From NCBI GenBank assembly GCA_903872035.1, contig CAIQIZ010000028.1, forward strand, positions 24,038 to 88,037: a stretch of DNA of 64,000 nucleotides, written 5' to 3'. The notes beneath the pieces are model-generated. The model was not told the origin of the DNA, ran no database searches, and saw nothing but the letters and a program-made list of their open reading frames with translations. This document shows positions 10,159-19,297 of this stretch, in pieces. Both the position numbers and the translations under genes were made by a program. The first letter of the stretch is position 1, and each line of letters starts with the position of its first letter. Source of the DNA: an uncultured bacterium. Its GTDB lineage: Bacteria; Patescibacteriota; Minisyncoccia; Phycocordibacterales; PALSA-1337.

Positions 10159-10363
10159 TTTTTTCTGGCTAAGTCAGCCGCTTAATGGTTCCCATTGAAA
10201 ATGGTCACCTGAACTAGTATTTGGTTCGATCGCGCAAAAATTGGCCACGTAATGGCGGTGGGGGTAAATAATGTTTTTAGCTTCTATTGGAAAGTGACCG
10301 TTTTTCAGACACTTTTTCAAAGTGACCAAAATGAGTGTGGCGACCCCACTCGTCATTCATGGC

Positions 10364-10660
10364 TTAACTGACCGTGCCAGCTTTAATTAACTGCCGACTA
10401 AACTTTGATTCCAGAAATTCTAAACCTTTCCTGTATTTCCAGTGAAACCTCTTGCCAGACAAGATCTTCTCAACCAGCCCCCTTCCCTCGAACCTCTTTA
10501 AAATCGCGAAGGTTGTGATTCTTGGCACACCGACGTCTACAGCAATCCTCGCCACAGTCCTTCCGATAGGATACTTAACGAGCATGTCAAAAACTTTCTT
10601 CTCATTTTCAGAGAATCCCAATGAATCAACGATCTTTGGATGTATGTCCACTTTTTGCAT
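10364..10660 (-). CDS. Small winged-helix / HTH transcriptional regulator
   Basis: 98 aa; HTH-like segment GRTVARIAVDVGVPRITTFAILKRFEGRGLV. Confidence 0.5.
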   Translation of the reverse strand: MQKVDIHPKIVDSLGFSENEKKVFDMLVKYPIGRTVARIAVDVGVPRITTFAILKRFEGRGLVEKILSGKRFHWKYRKGLEFLESKFSRQLIKAGTVS

Positions 10661-10720
10661 TTGCTTTTTTCTTTAACTGCGATACATTCATAGTATACTC
10701 ACACTAATAACCACATCAAC

Positions 10721-11251
10721 ATGTCAGGCCACAATAAATTCTCGAAGATCAAACACTTGAAAGCAAAGAATGACGCCCAGAAGAGCGCTCACTTCGGCAA
10801 GCTTGTACGTCTCATAACCGTAGAAGCCAAGAAAGCTGGCGGTAATCTCAAGTCACCAGGATTATCGGCCGCCATAGACAAGGCCCGCAAAGAGAACATG
10901 CCGAACGATACCATCGACCGTGCAGTCAAAAAGGCCATGACAGACAATTCAGCTTCGATGGAAACGATAGTCTATGAATCATATGGGCCAGGAGGCGTCG
11001 CCATCCTAGTTGAAGCTTTGACTGACAACCGCAACAAAGCTGCGCAGGAGATCAAGCATATACTTTCATTGAGCGGTTACGAACTCGCCTCCCCAGGCAG
11101 CGCTTCCTGGGCTTTCAAAAAGACTCATGAGGGTTGGGATGCGACCAGTACAACACCCTTAGAAGACGCTGACATCGAATTGCTTACCAAACTTGTAGAG
11201 GAACTCGAAGCCAACGAGGAAGTTCAGAACGTGTACACGAATGCCGAGTAA
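10721..11251 (+). CDS. yebC: YebC/PmpR family regulator, short form
   Basis: N-terminus MSGHNKFSKIKHLKAKND is characteristic of YebC/TACO1; it sits directly upstream of ruvC, the conserved yebC-ruvC arrangement. Confidence 0.75.
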   Translation: MSGHNKFSKIKHLKAKNDAQKSAHFGKLVRLITVEAKKAGGNLKSPGLSAAIDKARKENMPNDTIDRAVKKAMTDNSASMETIVYESYGPGGVAILVEALTDNRNKAAQEIKHILSLSGYELASPGSASWAFKKTHEGWDATSTTPLEDADIELLTKLVEELEANEEVQNVYTNAE

Positions 11252-11753
11252 TAGCTCAGTACGAATCCTGGGCATCGACCCTGGCTATGATCGCCTAGGC
11301 ATAGCGGTCATTGAAAAAAGCACCTCAACCAAAGAGGTTGTGCTTTATTCAAGTTGCCTACAGACTTCCGCTAAAGAAGACATCTATTCTCGCTTTAAGA
11401 AAGTTGGCGAGACAGTCGCTAAAGTATTCGATGAATACTCGCCTGATGTACTGGCGATCGAGAATCTATTCATAACAAAGAATCAAAAAACGGGTATGCG
11501 TGTTTCTGAGGTACGAGGCATCATCATATATGAAGCCGTCAAACGAAATATTCAAGTTCAAGAATATAGTCCCGTACAGATAAAGTCTTCCGTGACTGGA
11601 GACGGCACTAGCGACAAAGGACGTATGATCAAGATGGTTGGCCTGCTCGTCAAATTGCCAAAAAAGAAAATGATTGATGACGAATATGACGCTATAGCTG
11701 TAGCCCTCACCTGCTCAGCACGACTATCCACAGTTTTGAGTATTTGCAAATAA
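11241..11753 (+). CDS. ruvC: Holliday junction resolvase RuvC
   Basis: 170 aa; ILGIDPGYDRLGIAV catalytic Asp motif and RNase H fold pattern. Overlaps yebC by 11 nt. Confidence 0.85.
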   Translation: MPSNSSVRILGIDPGYDRLGIAVIEKSTSTKEVVLYSSCLQTSAKEDIYSRFKKVGETVAKVFDEYSPDVLAIENLFITKNQKTGMRVSEVRGIIIYEAVKRNIQVQEYSPVQIKSSVTGDGTSDKGRMIKMVGLLVKLPKKKMIDDEYDAIAVALTCSARLSTVLSICK

Positions 11754-11834
11754 TATAAAGTTTGTTACAAATGAGCTGTTACAAATCGTTCAGTGTATTT
11801 TAAATACACTTTATTAGCGTAATACTCAAGGAAT

Positions 11835-12116
11835 ATGCCCGTAAAAAGTCTTCAATCAAAAAAAGCTAAAGCTAAGCACGCCGTAGCTCGTTCAACGAAT
11901 ACACCAGAACAAATCGATCCCGAGGAAACCTTGGTCGCCATACCACTGAAATCAAAGATTCCGTTAGAGATAGAGGAAACCGATGTAGTAGTAGGCTTAG
12001 ACGAAAAACCGGAAGAAGAGGCTCCCGTCGTAGAAGAAGAGAGCGAAGAGCTCGGCCTCGATGATGCCGGAATGGAAGAGGAGATCGATCCGTTTAACGA
12101 CAAGTGGGAGGCGTAG
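11835..12116 (+). CDS. Small hypothetical protein with highly acidic C-terminus
   Basis: 93 aa; Lys-rich N-terminus and Glu/Asp-rich tail. The overlapping antisense ORF is Ser-rich low complexity. Confidence 0.35.
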   Translation: MPVKSLQSKKAKAKHAVARSTNTPEQIDPEETLVAIPLKSKIPLEIEETDVVVGLDEKPEEEAPVVEEESEELGLDDAGMEEEIDPFNDKWEA

Positions 12117-12139
12117 AACCTTGGTGCTATACTGTTCCT

Positions 12140-14704
12140 ATGCCGCATCCCCGCAAATCCAAGCTCCGTCACGTCAAAGCCATAATTTTACTCACCTTGT
12201 CCGCGGTGTTGGTCGCCGTAGGATTGACTTCCCTATGGGTCGCTACCCTACAAATGCCCGACCTGAATTCTTTTCAGAATAGGAAAATAGTAGAGTCTAC
12301 AAAGATCTATGACCGAACCGGTACGATATTGCTCTACGATACTGGTGCAAATGCTAAACTGACTGTCGTACCACTTTCCGAGATATCGCCGTACATTCAG
12401 AAAGCGACAGTGACCATCGAAGACTCAAACTTCTATTCCAACATCGGAATAGAGCCAATCTCCATAATGCGAGCCGTCCTAGCCGACCTGACAGCCGGTG
12501 GTTATAGCCAAGGAGCATCGACCATTACTCAACAAGTGGTAAAAAACTCATTACTGACGACTGATAAAACTGTGACCAGAAAGATCAAGGAGTGGGTTTT
12601 GGCCATCAAGTTGGCTCGCTTCATGAGCAAAGACCAGATCTTGGATACTTACTTAAACGAAACGCCCTATGGCGGCACCCTTTACGGTGTTGAGGAGGCT
12701 AGCCAGCAATTCTTTGGGAAATCGGCTAGTGATATCGACTTAGCCCAATCCGCCTATCTGGCCGCCATTCCACAAGCCCCGACATATTACTCTCCATACG
12801 GGACACACAAAGATGCGCTGACTGGTCGCCAACGCCTAGTCCTTTCCCGAATGAAGACGTTAGGGCTCATATCTGCTGATGAATACAAGGCCGCCTTGGC
12901 GGAAAAAGTCGACTTTCTTTCAAAGAACGCTGATGGGATTCGTGCGCCTCATTTCGTCATGTACGTCAGAGACTACCTCTTACAGAAGTATGGTGAAGAT
13001 GCGGTTGATAATGGCGGCCTCAAAGTCTTAACTACCCTTGATTATGGAATGCAACAAAAGGCTGAGGCGGTTATACAAAAATTCAGTCCAAGTTTGTCAG
13101 AGAATTTCAACGCCAGCAATACAGCAATGGTAGCTATAGACCCGAAAACCGGAGACATCCTGACCATGGTCGGTTCCAAGGATTATTTCGACAAGAAGAT
13201 AGATGGTAACTTCAACGTGGCTCTGGCAAGACGCCAACCTGGCTCAACTTTCAAACCATTCGTCTACTCAACTCTATTCAAAAAAGGATACACCCCAGAG
13301 ACCATCCTCTTCGACACCCAAACAGAATTCTCACAGTACTGCACACCTGATGGAAAGCCAAAGGACCCGAACATAACAAACACCAATTCTCTTGATCTGA
13401 GCCGATCCTGTTATATGCCGCAGGAATACGACAATGTCTTCGAGGGTCCGCTCACTGTTCGCCAAGCCCTAGCACAATCACGCAACGTTCCGGCGGTAAA
13501 AGCTCTGTACCTGGCCGGTGTCCCCGCTTCCATCCAAACAGCTGAAAGTCTAGGTGTGACCACGCTAACCGATCCGAACAGGTACGGTCTTACATTAGTC
13601 TTGGGCGGTGGCGAAGTCACATTACTGGACATGACCAGCGCTTATGGAGTGTTCGCTAATGACGGACTGCGCAATCCTTATCGTTCAATCTTGGAAGTCG
13701 ACGACAACAAAGGAAACGTCCTAGAGAAGGCGCTAGCATCGACAACCCCAACACAAGCTTTGCAACCGGAGATCGCCAGACAAATTTCGAGCATCCTTTC
13801 AGACACGTCCGTAAGAATGGAAAGTTTAAAACCGATCGGCGAGTCAGTCGGACGTCCGGTCGCCATCAAGACTGGTACCACCAACGACTACCGCGATGTC
13901 TGGACCATTGGTTACACACCAGACCTCGTGGTCGGAGCCTGGGCAGGCAACAATGACAATGTGCCCATGAAACACAATGTGGCTGGACTCATCATCACAC
14001 CGCTTTGGGGAGCTTTCATGTCGCAGGTGGCCAAGAACTATCCTACAGAAAACTTCAACCCTCCCCCACCACCCCTTACGAATGATAAACCGGTCTTGCG
14101 AGGAATCTGGCAGGGTGGCCAATCATATTTCGTAGATAGCGTATCGGGAAAAATAGCTACCGGTGACACTCCTGAACAAACAAAAAAGGAGGTGATCTTC
14201 AACAGTGTGCACACGATTTTGCAGTGGGTCAGCAAGGATGATCCGCGCGGACCGATTCCAACAAATCCTGCAGCCGATTCTCAATATCAATATTGGGAAT
14301 ACGGTGTACGCAAATGGTTCCAAACGTACGAGACTAGTCATCCCGACTTCAGAGAAACTTCTACGAGCAGTGCACCGACTACCACTGCTACCGATGATGT
14401 TCACACTGTAGACAAGGCGCCAAAGATAATCATAGTTTCACCAGTCGCGGGTACAACCGTTGATCCACAGCAACTTCTAAACGTCCAATTAGCTATCCAA
14501 AGTAGTTATCCGGCACAAAAAACCGAAGTTTATCTCAATGGTAAATACGTGCTGACGGCTACAGTTAACCCCCTAACCTTCTCCTTTACCCCCGCCGACG
14601 TAGGCGCTCTCTCCCCATCCGGAACAAACACCTTATCGGTGACTGTTTACGATCAGGTGTACAATCAAGGAAAGGCATCCGTTGATTTCAATGCTGCGCC
14701 ATAA
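12140..14704 (+). CDS. Class A penicillin-binding protein (transglycosylase plus transpeptidase)
   Basis: GT51 motifs (EDSNFYSN, GASTITQQ), transpeptidase STFK, SRN and KTGT motifs. Likely start is the ATG at 12140 (MPHPRKSK, TATACT 6 nt upstream) rather than the GTG at 12104. Confidence 0.85.
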   Translation: MPHPRKSKLRHVKAIILLTLSAVLVAVGLTSLWVATLQMPDLNSFQNRKIVESTKIYDRTGTILLYDTGANAKLTVVPLSEISPYIQKATVTIEDSNFYSNIGIEPISIMRAVLADLTAGGYSQGASTITQQVVKNSLLTTDKTVTRKIKEWVLAIKLARFMSKDQILDTYLNETPYGGTLYGVEEASQQFFGKSASDIDLAQSAYLAAIPQAPTYYSPYGTHKDALTGRQRLVLSRMKTLGLISADEYKAALAEKVDFLSKNADGIRAPHFVMYVRDYLLQKYGEDAVDNGGLKVLTTLDYGMQQKAEAVIQKFSPSLSENFNASNTAMVAIDPKTGDILTMVGSKDYFDKKIDGNFNVALARRQPGSTFKPFVYSTLFKKGYTPETILFDTQTEFSQYCTPDGKPKDPNITNTNSLDLSRSCYMPQEYDNVFEGPLTVRQALAQSRNVPAVKALYLAGVPASIQTAESLGVTTLTDPNRYGLTLVLGGGEVTLLDMTSAYGVFANDGLRNPYRSILEVDDNKGNVLEKALASTTPTQALQPEIARQISSILSDTSVRMESLKPIGESVGRPVAIKTGTTNDYRDVWTIGYTPDLVVGAWAGNNDNVPMKHNVAGLIITPLWGAFMSQVAKNYPTENFNPPPPPLTNDKPVLRGIWQGGQSYFVDSVSGKIATGDTPEQTKKEVIFNSVHTILQWVSKDDPRGPIPTNPAADSQYQYWEYGVRKWFQTYETSHPDFRETSTSSAPTTTATDDVHTVDKAPKIIIVSPVAGTTVDPQQLLNVQLAIQSSYPAQKTEVYLNGKYVLTATVNPLTFSFTPADVGALSPSGTNTLSVTVYDQVYNQGKASVDFNAAP

Positions 14705-14720
14705 ACGTTGGCCCGTAGCT

Positions 14721-14981
14721 CTACCTTATATCATTAAGAACTTTGATGTTCTGCTTCTCAGCGATCTCTTTGAGGATTGATCGCTTTTTTATATAAACGA
14801 CTGATTTCAAAGACTGGCTAACATTACTTAGAATAATTGCGTCTGATTTGAATGAAATAGAGTGGATAGGAACATCCCCCCCCGTTTGGTGCAGAACTGC
14901 TTGTCTTATAGCGTCACGAAGAAGGACCTCCTTGGCAAAAGTGCCCTGTATTTTCTTGAAGAACTCTCCTATTCCAAACAT
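14721..14981 (-). CDS. Small hypothetical protein downstream of dnaN, possibly DUF721/DciA-like
   Basis: 86 aa; position after dnaN and size fit, but similarity is judged by eye only. Confidence 0.3.
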   Translation of the reverse strand: MFGIGEFFKKIQGTFAKEVLLRDAIRQAVLHQTGGDVPIHSISFKSDAIILSNVSQSLKSVVYIKKRSILKEIAEKQNIKVLNDIR

Positions 14982-15010
14982 ATTGTCGATTTATAGCTAT
15001 TGATTTATCA

Positions 15011-16117
15011 CTATCGATTCATCGGCATGGCCAAGTACATGAAGGTTTGATCACCAGAAACCGGACGGACCACCATGGGACGATTCATACCGCTCAACTG
15101 AAGAGAGACGCTATCAGCGTCGATTGATTGAAAACAGTCAGAAATATATTTGTAATTGAAATTAATCTCTACCTTATCGCCAGTCAAAGCTGCGTCCACA
15201 TTTGTGACGTTCTCACCAACATCACTATTCTTTGTTTGTATCTGAAAGAGCTTTCCTTTTGGATCAACTGTCAGATGTACCTGATTGAATTTATCAGAGA
15301 AAATGTTAGAAATTTTGAGCGCGTTCATCAAATCTTGTTTCAAAACTACCACCTCTGTCGCATATCCTTTGGGAATGATCTGTCTATAGTCTGGGAAAAC
15401 ACCGTCGATAACCCTTGAGACTAGGTAAATGTCATCAGCTTTAAAAGAAATCAGGTTCTTGTTCATAGAGACCACAACCGTCTCCCCCATCGTCTCTAGG
15501 ACCCTGATTATATCGGGAATGTTTTTAAATGGGATAAGTAGATCGCCAATCTTCGCCGTTGTGGGGATCTTAATTTTTTTCTCGGCCAAACGGAAAGAGT
15601 CTGTAGCAGCAAAGACCATATAATCGCCGTCACGATAGATATACACGCTGGACAGCTCCGGCTTAACACTTGATACGGAAGAGCTGTACCAGACCGATTT
15701 TAAGCCTTTAATGAATAGGTTTGTTGGAAAGGAGACTTCTTCTCCATCGATAATTTTGGGTATGGTCGGAAAATCATCTGCGGATGTTGTTTTTATGACT
15801 CCTTGAGACTTACCAGCTGATATTGTGAGATTTCCAGAAGTGGTCTCTATTTTTACGACCTGGTTCTGGTCATATACTTGAGAAACGAAGGAAGAGATGA
15901 TGTTTCCCGGCACAGCCACGACGCCATCACCAGAAGATTTGACTGGCACCGAAACTTCTATTCCAACATCTAGATTTGTAGATTTGAAAACAGCCATATT
16001 CTTTTTGACTTCTATCAAGACACAAGAAAGTACTGGAAGTGTCATGTGTTTATTTGCGACACGTTCCACCATTAGGATAATATCTTTAATTTTTTGGAAA
16101 CTGATCTCAAACTTCAT
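15011..16117 (-). CDS. dnaN: DNA polymerase III beta sliding clamp
   Basis: 368 aa; typical DnaN N-terminus MKFEISFQKIKDII, three-domain length, and location downstream of dnaA. Confidence 0.9.
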   Translation of the reverse strand: MKFEISFQKIKDIILMVERVANKHMTLPVLSCVLIEVKKNMAVFKSTNLDVGIEVSVPVKSSGDGVVAVPGNIISSFVSQVYDQNQVVKIETTSGNLTISAGKSQGVIKTTSADDFPTIPKIIDGEEVSFPTNLFIKGLKSVWYSSSVSSVKPELSSVYIYRDGDYMVFAATDSFRLAEKKIKIPTTAKIGDLLIPFKNIPDIIRVLETMGETVVVSMNKNLISFKADDIYLVSRVIDGVFPDYRQIIPKGYATEVVVLKQDLMNALKISNIFSDKFNQVHLTVDPKGKLFQIQTKNSDVGENVTNVDAALTGDKVEINFNYKYISDCFQSIDADSVSLQLSGMNRPMVVRPVSGDQTFMYLAMPMNR

Positions 16118-16339
16118 GGTAGTAAGTATTTAGTATCTTATTAGATAAGTTTATTATTACTATTAGGACAGTGGATATGTGAATAACTTTTTTAATGGCT
16201 CTCAGGTTTAGTATTTTGTTTGGTCATTTCTTTTTGGTTGTTAATAAGTTTCACTATAACTTACCTTAGTTTTCTATCTCATCATTTCAACCTCAAGATA
16301 TCCACAACCTCTCAACAGCTTTCTCACATGGGGGGGTGT
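16118..16339. promoter_or_regulatory. AT-rich dnaA-dnaN intergenic region with DnaA-box-like sites; candidate oriC/DUE
   Basis: ATATCCACA (8 of 9 match to TTATCCACA) near 16297 and AGTGGATAT near 16172, with long A/T tracts between. Confidence 0.4.
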
Positions 16340-17689
16340 TTATAACATGGAACGTAATTGATTTATCTCCTGAGACAACAGGATATTTGTCTTAACTTCC
16401 TCCTTCATCTTTTCATATGAGTGAATAACTGTGGTGTGGTCGCGTCCGCCTAGCTTCTCACCGATCGAGGGGAAAGATATGCTGAAATCTTCACGAAGTA
16501 TATACATAACGACTTGGCGCGGGCGGACAACTTCTTTGCGACGCGTCTTGTTATAGATACTTTCCTCGTCAATGTTATAGAAGTCAGATACAACCTTGAC
16601 GATATCCTTGATAGATATGGTTTTCTTGGGCTTAGCGCTGTTCTTTAGGACATTTTTGATCTCATTCAAGTTCAGTTCCCTGTTACGGAGTTGGGTCTGG
16701 CAGGCGATTACATTTACAATACCTTCTATTTCTCGAATATTGTCTTCGATCGCTGAAGCAACACATTCCACTATTTCATTTGAGAGAGTGATGTTGTGTA
16801 CGGCACATTTGGTGCGCACAATAGCCATTCTCGATTCATTATCCGGTTCTGGAATATCGACGATCATTCCCACACTGAAACGTCCTCGGAGACGATCTTC
16901 AATTCCTGGAATGACGTTAGGATGTCGGTCTGATGAGAAAACAAGCTGTCTTCCTGTGTCATGGAAAGTATTGAAGAAATGGAACAATTCCTCCTGGAAC
17001 TTCTCTTTGTTTGAGAAGAACTGCACATCATCCATGATCATCACATCGTATTTGCGATAACGATCTTTGAATTGTTGAACCTTACCTTCATTGATAGCGA
17101 CGAAAAATTCTGATCCGAATCGCTCAGAAGTCAGGTAATAGACCTTTTTTTCTGGATGCAGGATCTTTATTTGGTTTCCAACTGCTTGGATCAGGTGAGT
17201 TTTGCCTCGGCCAGTGCTCCCATAGACGAAGAGGGGGTTATAGATGTGCCCGGGGTTCTTTATAACTGTTTGTGAAGCTGCATGAGCGACCTCATTGAAG
17301 GGTCCAATGACGAAATTCTCGAATGTGTAGCGTGGATTGAGGTTATCTTCCTTGTTTATGTAGAAATCTTGTAGCGGTATCGACATGGTTGGCGCCATGA
17401 TACCCCCCTTTCTCTTCGCATCTTTGTTTTTATTGTCGTTTTCCTTGGTAATGACATATTCCAAGGCTCGAACCTGGTCGTTCATCTGCCTCAAGATACG
17501 CAAAATAGTATTATGGAACTTCTTATAGAGCCATTCTTGGGTAAATGAGTTCGGGACACCGAGATATACAACCCCTTCTTCCTCTCGGATGATCCCAGTC
17601 TCCTTGAACCAAGTCGAAAAATTGGCTTGCGATACAGTCGACTCGATCTCGATCAGTGCCGTCTGCCACATTTTTGAAAAGTCTTGCAT
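16340..17689 (-). CDS. dnaA: Chromosomal replication initiator DnaA
   Basis: AAA+ Walker A GSTGRGKTHL and a C-terminal DnaA-box-binding HTH. The true start is probably MQDFSKMWQTAL at 17689, because the alignable DnaA domain I begins there; the listed ORF start at 17806 looks over-extended. Confidence 0.9.
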   Translation of the reverse strand: MQDFSKMWQTALIEIESTVSQANFSTWFKETGIIREEEGVVYLGVPNSFTQEWLYKKFHNTILRILRQMNDQVRALEYVITKENDNKNKDAKRKGGIMAPTMSIPLQDFYINKEDNLNPRYTFENFVIGPFNEVAHAASQTVIKNPGHIYNPLFVYGSTGRGKTHLIQAVGNQIKILHPEKKVYYLTSERFGSEFFVAINEGKVQQFKDRYRKYDVMIMDDVQFFSNKEKFQEELFHFFNTFHDTGRQLVFSSDRHPNVIPGIEDRLRGRFSVGMIVDIPEPDNESRMAIVRTKCAVHNITLSNEIVECVASAIEDNIREIEGIVNVIACQTQLRNRELNLNEIKNVLKNSAKPKKTISIKDIVKVVSDFYNIDEESIYNKTRRKEVVRPRQVVMYILREDFSISFPSIGEKLGGRDHTTVIHSYEKMKEEVKTNILLSQEINQLRSML

Positions 17690-17861
17690 AGGTGGTTTGG
17701 TTGAACGTAGTATATACCTGTTTATAGAATTGCAAACTTGTGGATGAACAAAAAATATGTTGATAAGGTGGGGACAATTGAAAGTTGACAGATTTTGACC
17801 GTTCACAAAGAAAAACTTTTTAACTTTTGACTTTATTGAGTTTATAAACTATAGTGTCCGC
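17690..17861. promoter_or_regulatory. Divergent dnaA/rpmH promoter region with a DnaA-box-like site
   Basis: TGTGGATGA at 17739-17747 (8 of 9), AT-rich. Confidence 0.35.
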
Positions 17862-17996
17862 ATGTCATTCACATACAATCCCAAGAAGCGGAAGCGTGCC
17901 AAGTCCCATGGCTATAGAGTACGCATGAAGACGACGTCTGGGCGCAAGGTTTTGGCCCGTCGTCGTGCCAAAGGACGCCACCGTGTGGCCGTTTAG
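17862..17996 (+). CDS. rpmH: 50S ribosomal protein L34
   Basis: 44 aa [44 protein letters not shown]; below the ORF-track length cutoff, found by manual translation. Confidence 0.85.
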   Translation: MSFTYNPKKRKRAKSHGYRVRMKTTSGRKVLARRRAKGRHRVAV

Positions 17997-18008
17997 AGAT
18001 CAATTTGC

Positions 18009-18350
18009 ATGCTCCCTCGTTCACAGAGGCTCTCTGTCGCAGACTTCAATCAGGTGATGGAAAAAGGGAGGGTTACTCACTCCCCTCTTTTCTTGTTACG
18101 CTCCCTAAAGATCGATTCGCTTGGCCAAACCAGGATCGCTGCCGTCGCTCCGCAAAAGATCTTCAAGAAAGCTGTACAGCGTAATAAGTTGCGTAGGCAG
18201 ATGTATGAAGCGGCTCGGCCCCTGTATGCAGATGTGAAACCGCAATTGCGTGTAGTCATCTTTGCCAAAGCGGTAGCTATGACCACAGATCACGTAACTC
18301 TCAAAAAAGAAATCAAGGAAATCTTTGTCAAAGCCGGTCTTTTGAAGTAG
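18009..18350 (+). CDS. rnpA: RNase P protein component
   Basis: 113 aa, basic; follows rpmH as in the conserved rpmH-rnpA-yidC cluster. Confidence 0.8.
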   Translation: MLPRSQRLSVADFNQVMEKGRVTHSPLFLLRSLKIDSLGQTRIAAVAPQKIFKKAVQRNKLRRQMYEAARPLYADVKPQLRVVIFAKAVAMTTDHVTLKKEIKEIFVKAGLLK

Positions 18351-18363
18351 TATGTATAAGCTC

Positions 18364-18419
18364 GTAACACTTTGCCAGTTTGAAACTGGCCCACAGTTAT
18401 CAAACTAGCAAAGTGTTAC
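18364..18419 (-). repeat. Family-1 palindromic extragenic element, copy A (subfamily with AACTGTGGGCCAGTTT apex)
   Basis: 12-bp perfect arms GTAACACTTTGC / GCAAAGTGTTAC around a loop containing CTGGCCCACAG. Confidence 0.6.
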
Positions 18420-18434
18420 TCGCTAAACTCATTC

Positions 18435-19199
18435 ATGTACAGCCAGTTCATCTTTCAACCTCTTTATAACGGCCTAGTCGGGATCATGGTTTTGATCCCA
18501 GGCATAGACGTAGGCATCGCAGTCATCATATTTACGATCATCATCCGGCTGATACTCTTTCCCCTGTCCAAGAGCGCCTTACTGACGCAGGTGCGAATGA
18601 AAGAGGTCGAACCAGATGCGGCTAAGATTCGCACACAGTATGCAGCTGACAAGCAGACGCAAGCTTTGAAAATAATGGAGCTTTACAAGGCCAGAAAAGT
18701 AAAACCTTTCTCGGGGATCCTATTGCTCATCATCCAACTGCCAATACTTCTAGCTCTTATCTCGGTCTTTTATAAAATCATCCCGACCATAGATACGCAC
18801 CTGCTTTACTCGTCGATCCTGAACGCATTCACGCATATGTCTGCGCCACGACCAACTCTCTTGGGCCTGGATCTGACGAGCAAGAATCTTGTCCTGGCTT
18901 TGATCACTGGTGCTGCACAGTTTTTCCAGCTCCATTTCTCGGTAGCAGCCAGACAGCAGAAAGAAATGGCTGCGAGCACTATTAAAAGCGGTGGTTCTTT
19001 GGACAAAGCGTCGCAACTATCGAACTCCATGAATTCGCAGATGAAGTTTCTTCTGCCGTTATTAGCCTTCGCCTCGATTTATTGGATTATTCCAGCCAGA
19101 TTCCCCCAGGCATCATCGATCATCGCAATATATTGGTCAGTTAGCGCCTTATTTACTCTAGGTCAGGAACTATATATCAAGAAGCGGCACCTGAAGTAG
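18435..19199 (+). CDS. yidC: Membrane protein insertase YidC (short form)
   Basis: 254 aa, multi-TM, KPFSGILLLIIQLPIL motif. Confidence 0.8.
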   Translation: MYSQFIFQPLYNGLVGIMVLIPGIDVGIAVIIFTIIIRLILFPLSKSALLTQVRMKEVEPDAAKIRTQYAADKQTQALKIMELYKARKVKPFSGILLLIIQLPILLALISVFYKIIPTIDTHLLYSSILNAFTHMSAPRPTLLGLDLTSKNLVLALITGAAQFFQLHFSVAARQQKEMAASTIKSGGSLDKASQLSNSMNSQMKFLLPLLAFASIYWIIPARFPQASSIIAIYWSVSALFTLGQELYIKKRHLK

Positions 19200-19219
19200 C
19201 ATATCAACCAGAAGACTCC

Positions 19220-19271
19220 GAAAATACTCCCGTTTGCCGCTGGCCCACAGCGCTCAAACAGGAGTATTTTC
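19220..19271 (-). repeat. Family-1 palindromic element, copy B
   Basis: 17-bp arms; the core, read on the minus strand, is GTTTGAGCGCTGTGGGCCAGCGGCAAAC, identical to copy F. Followed on the plus strand by TTTTCTTTG, so it may also terminate yidC. Confidence 0.7.
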
Positions 19272-19297
19272 TTTGTCTTCCAATCTTCGCTCAACTA

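Noticed and set aside
10174-10356. 60-aa minus-strand ORF downstream of ruvB
   Set aside because: It lies in a convergent intergenic region over the GTGACC repeats, with no support.
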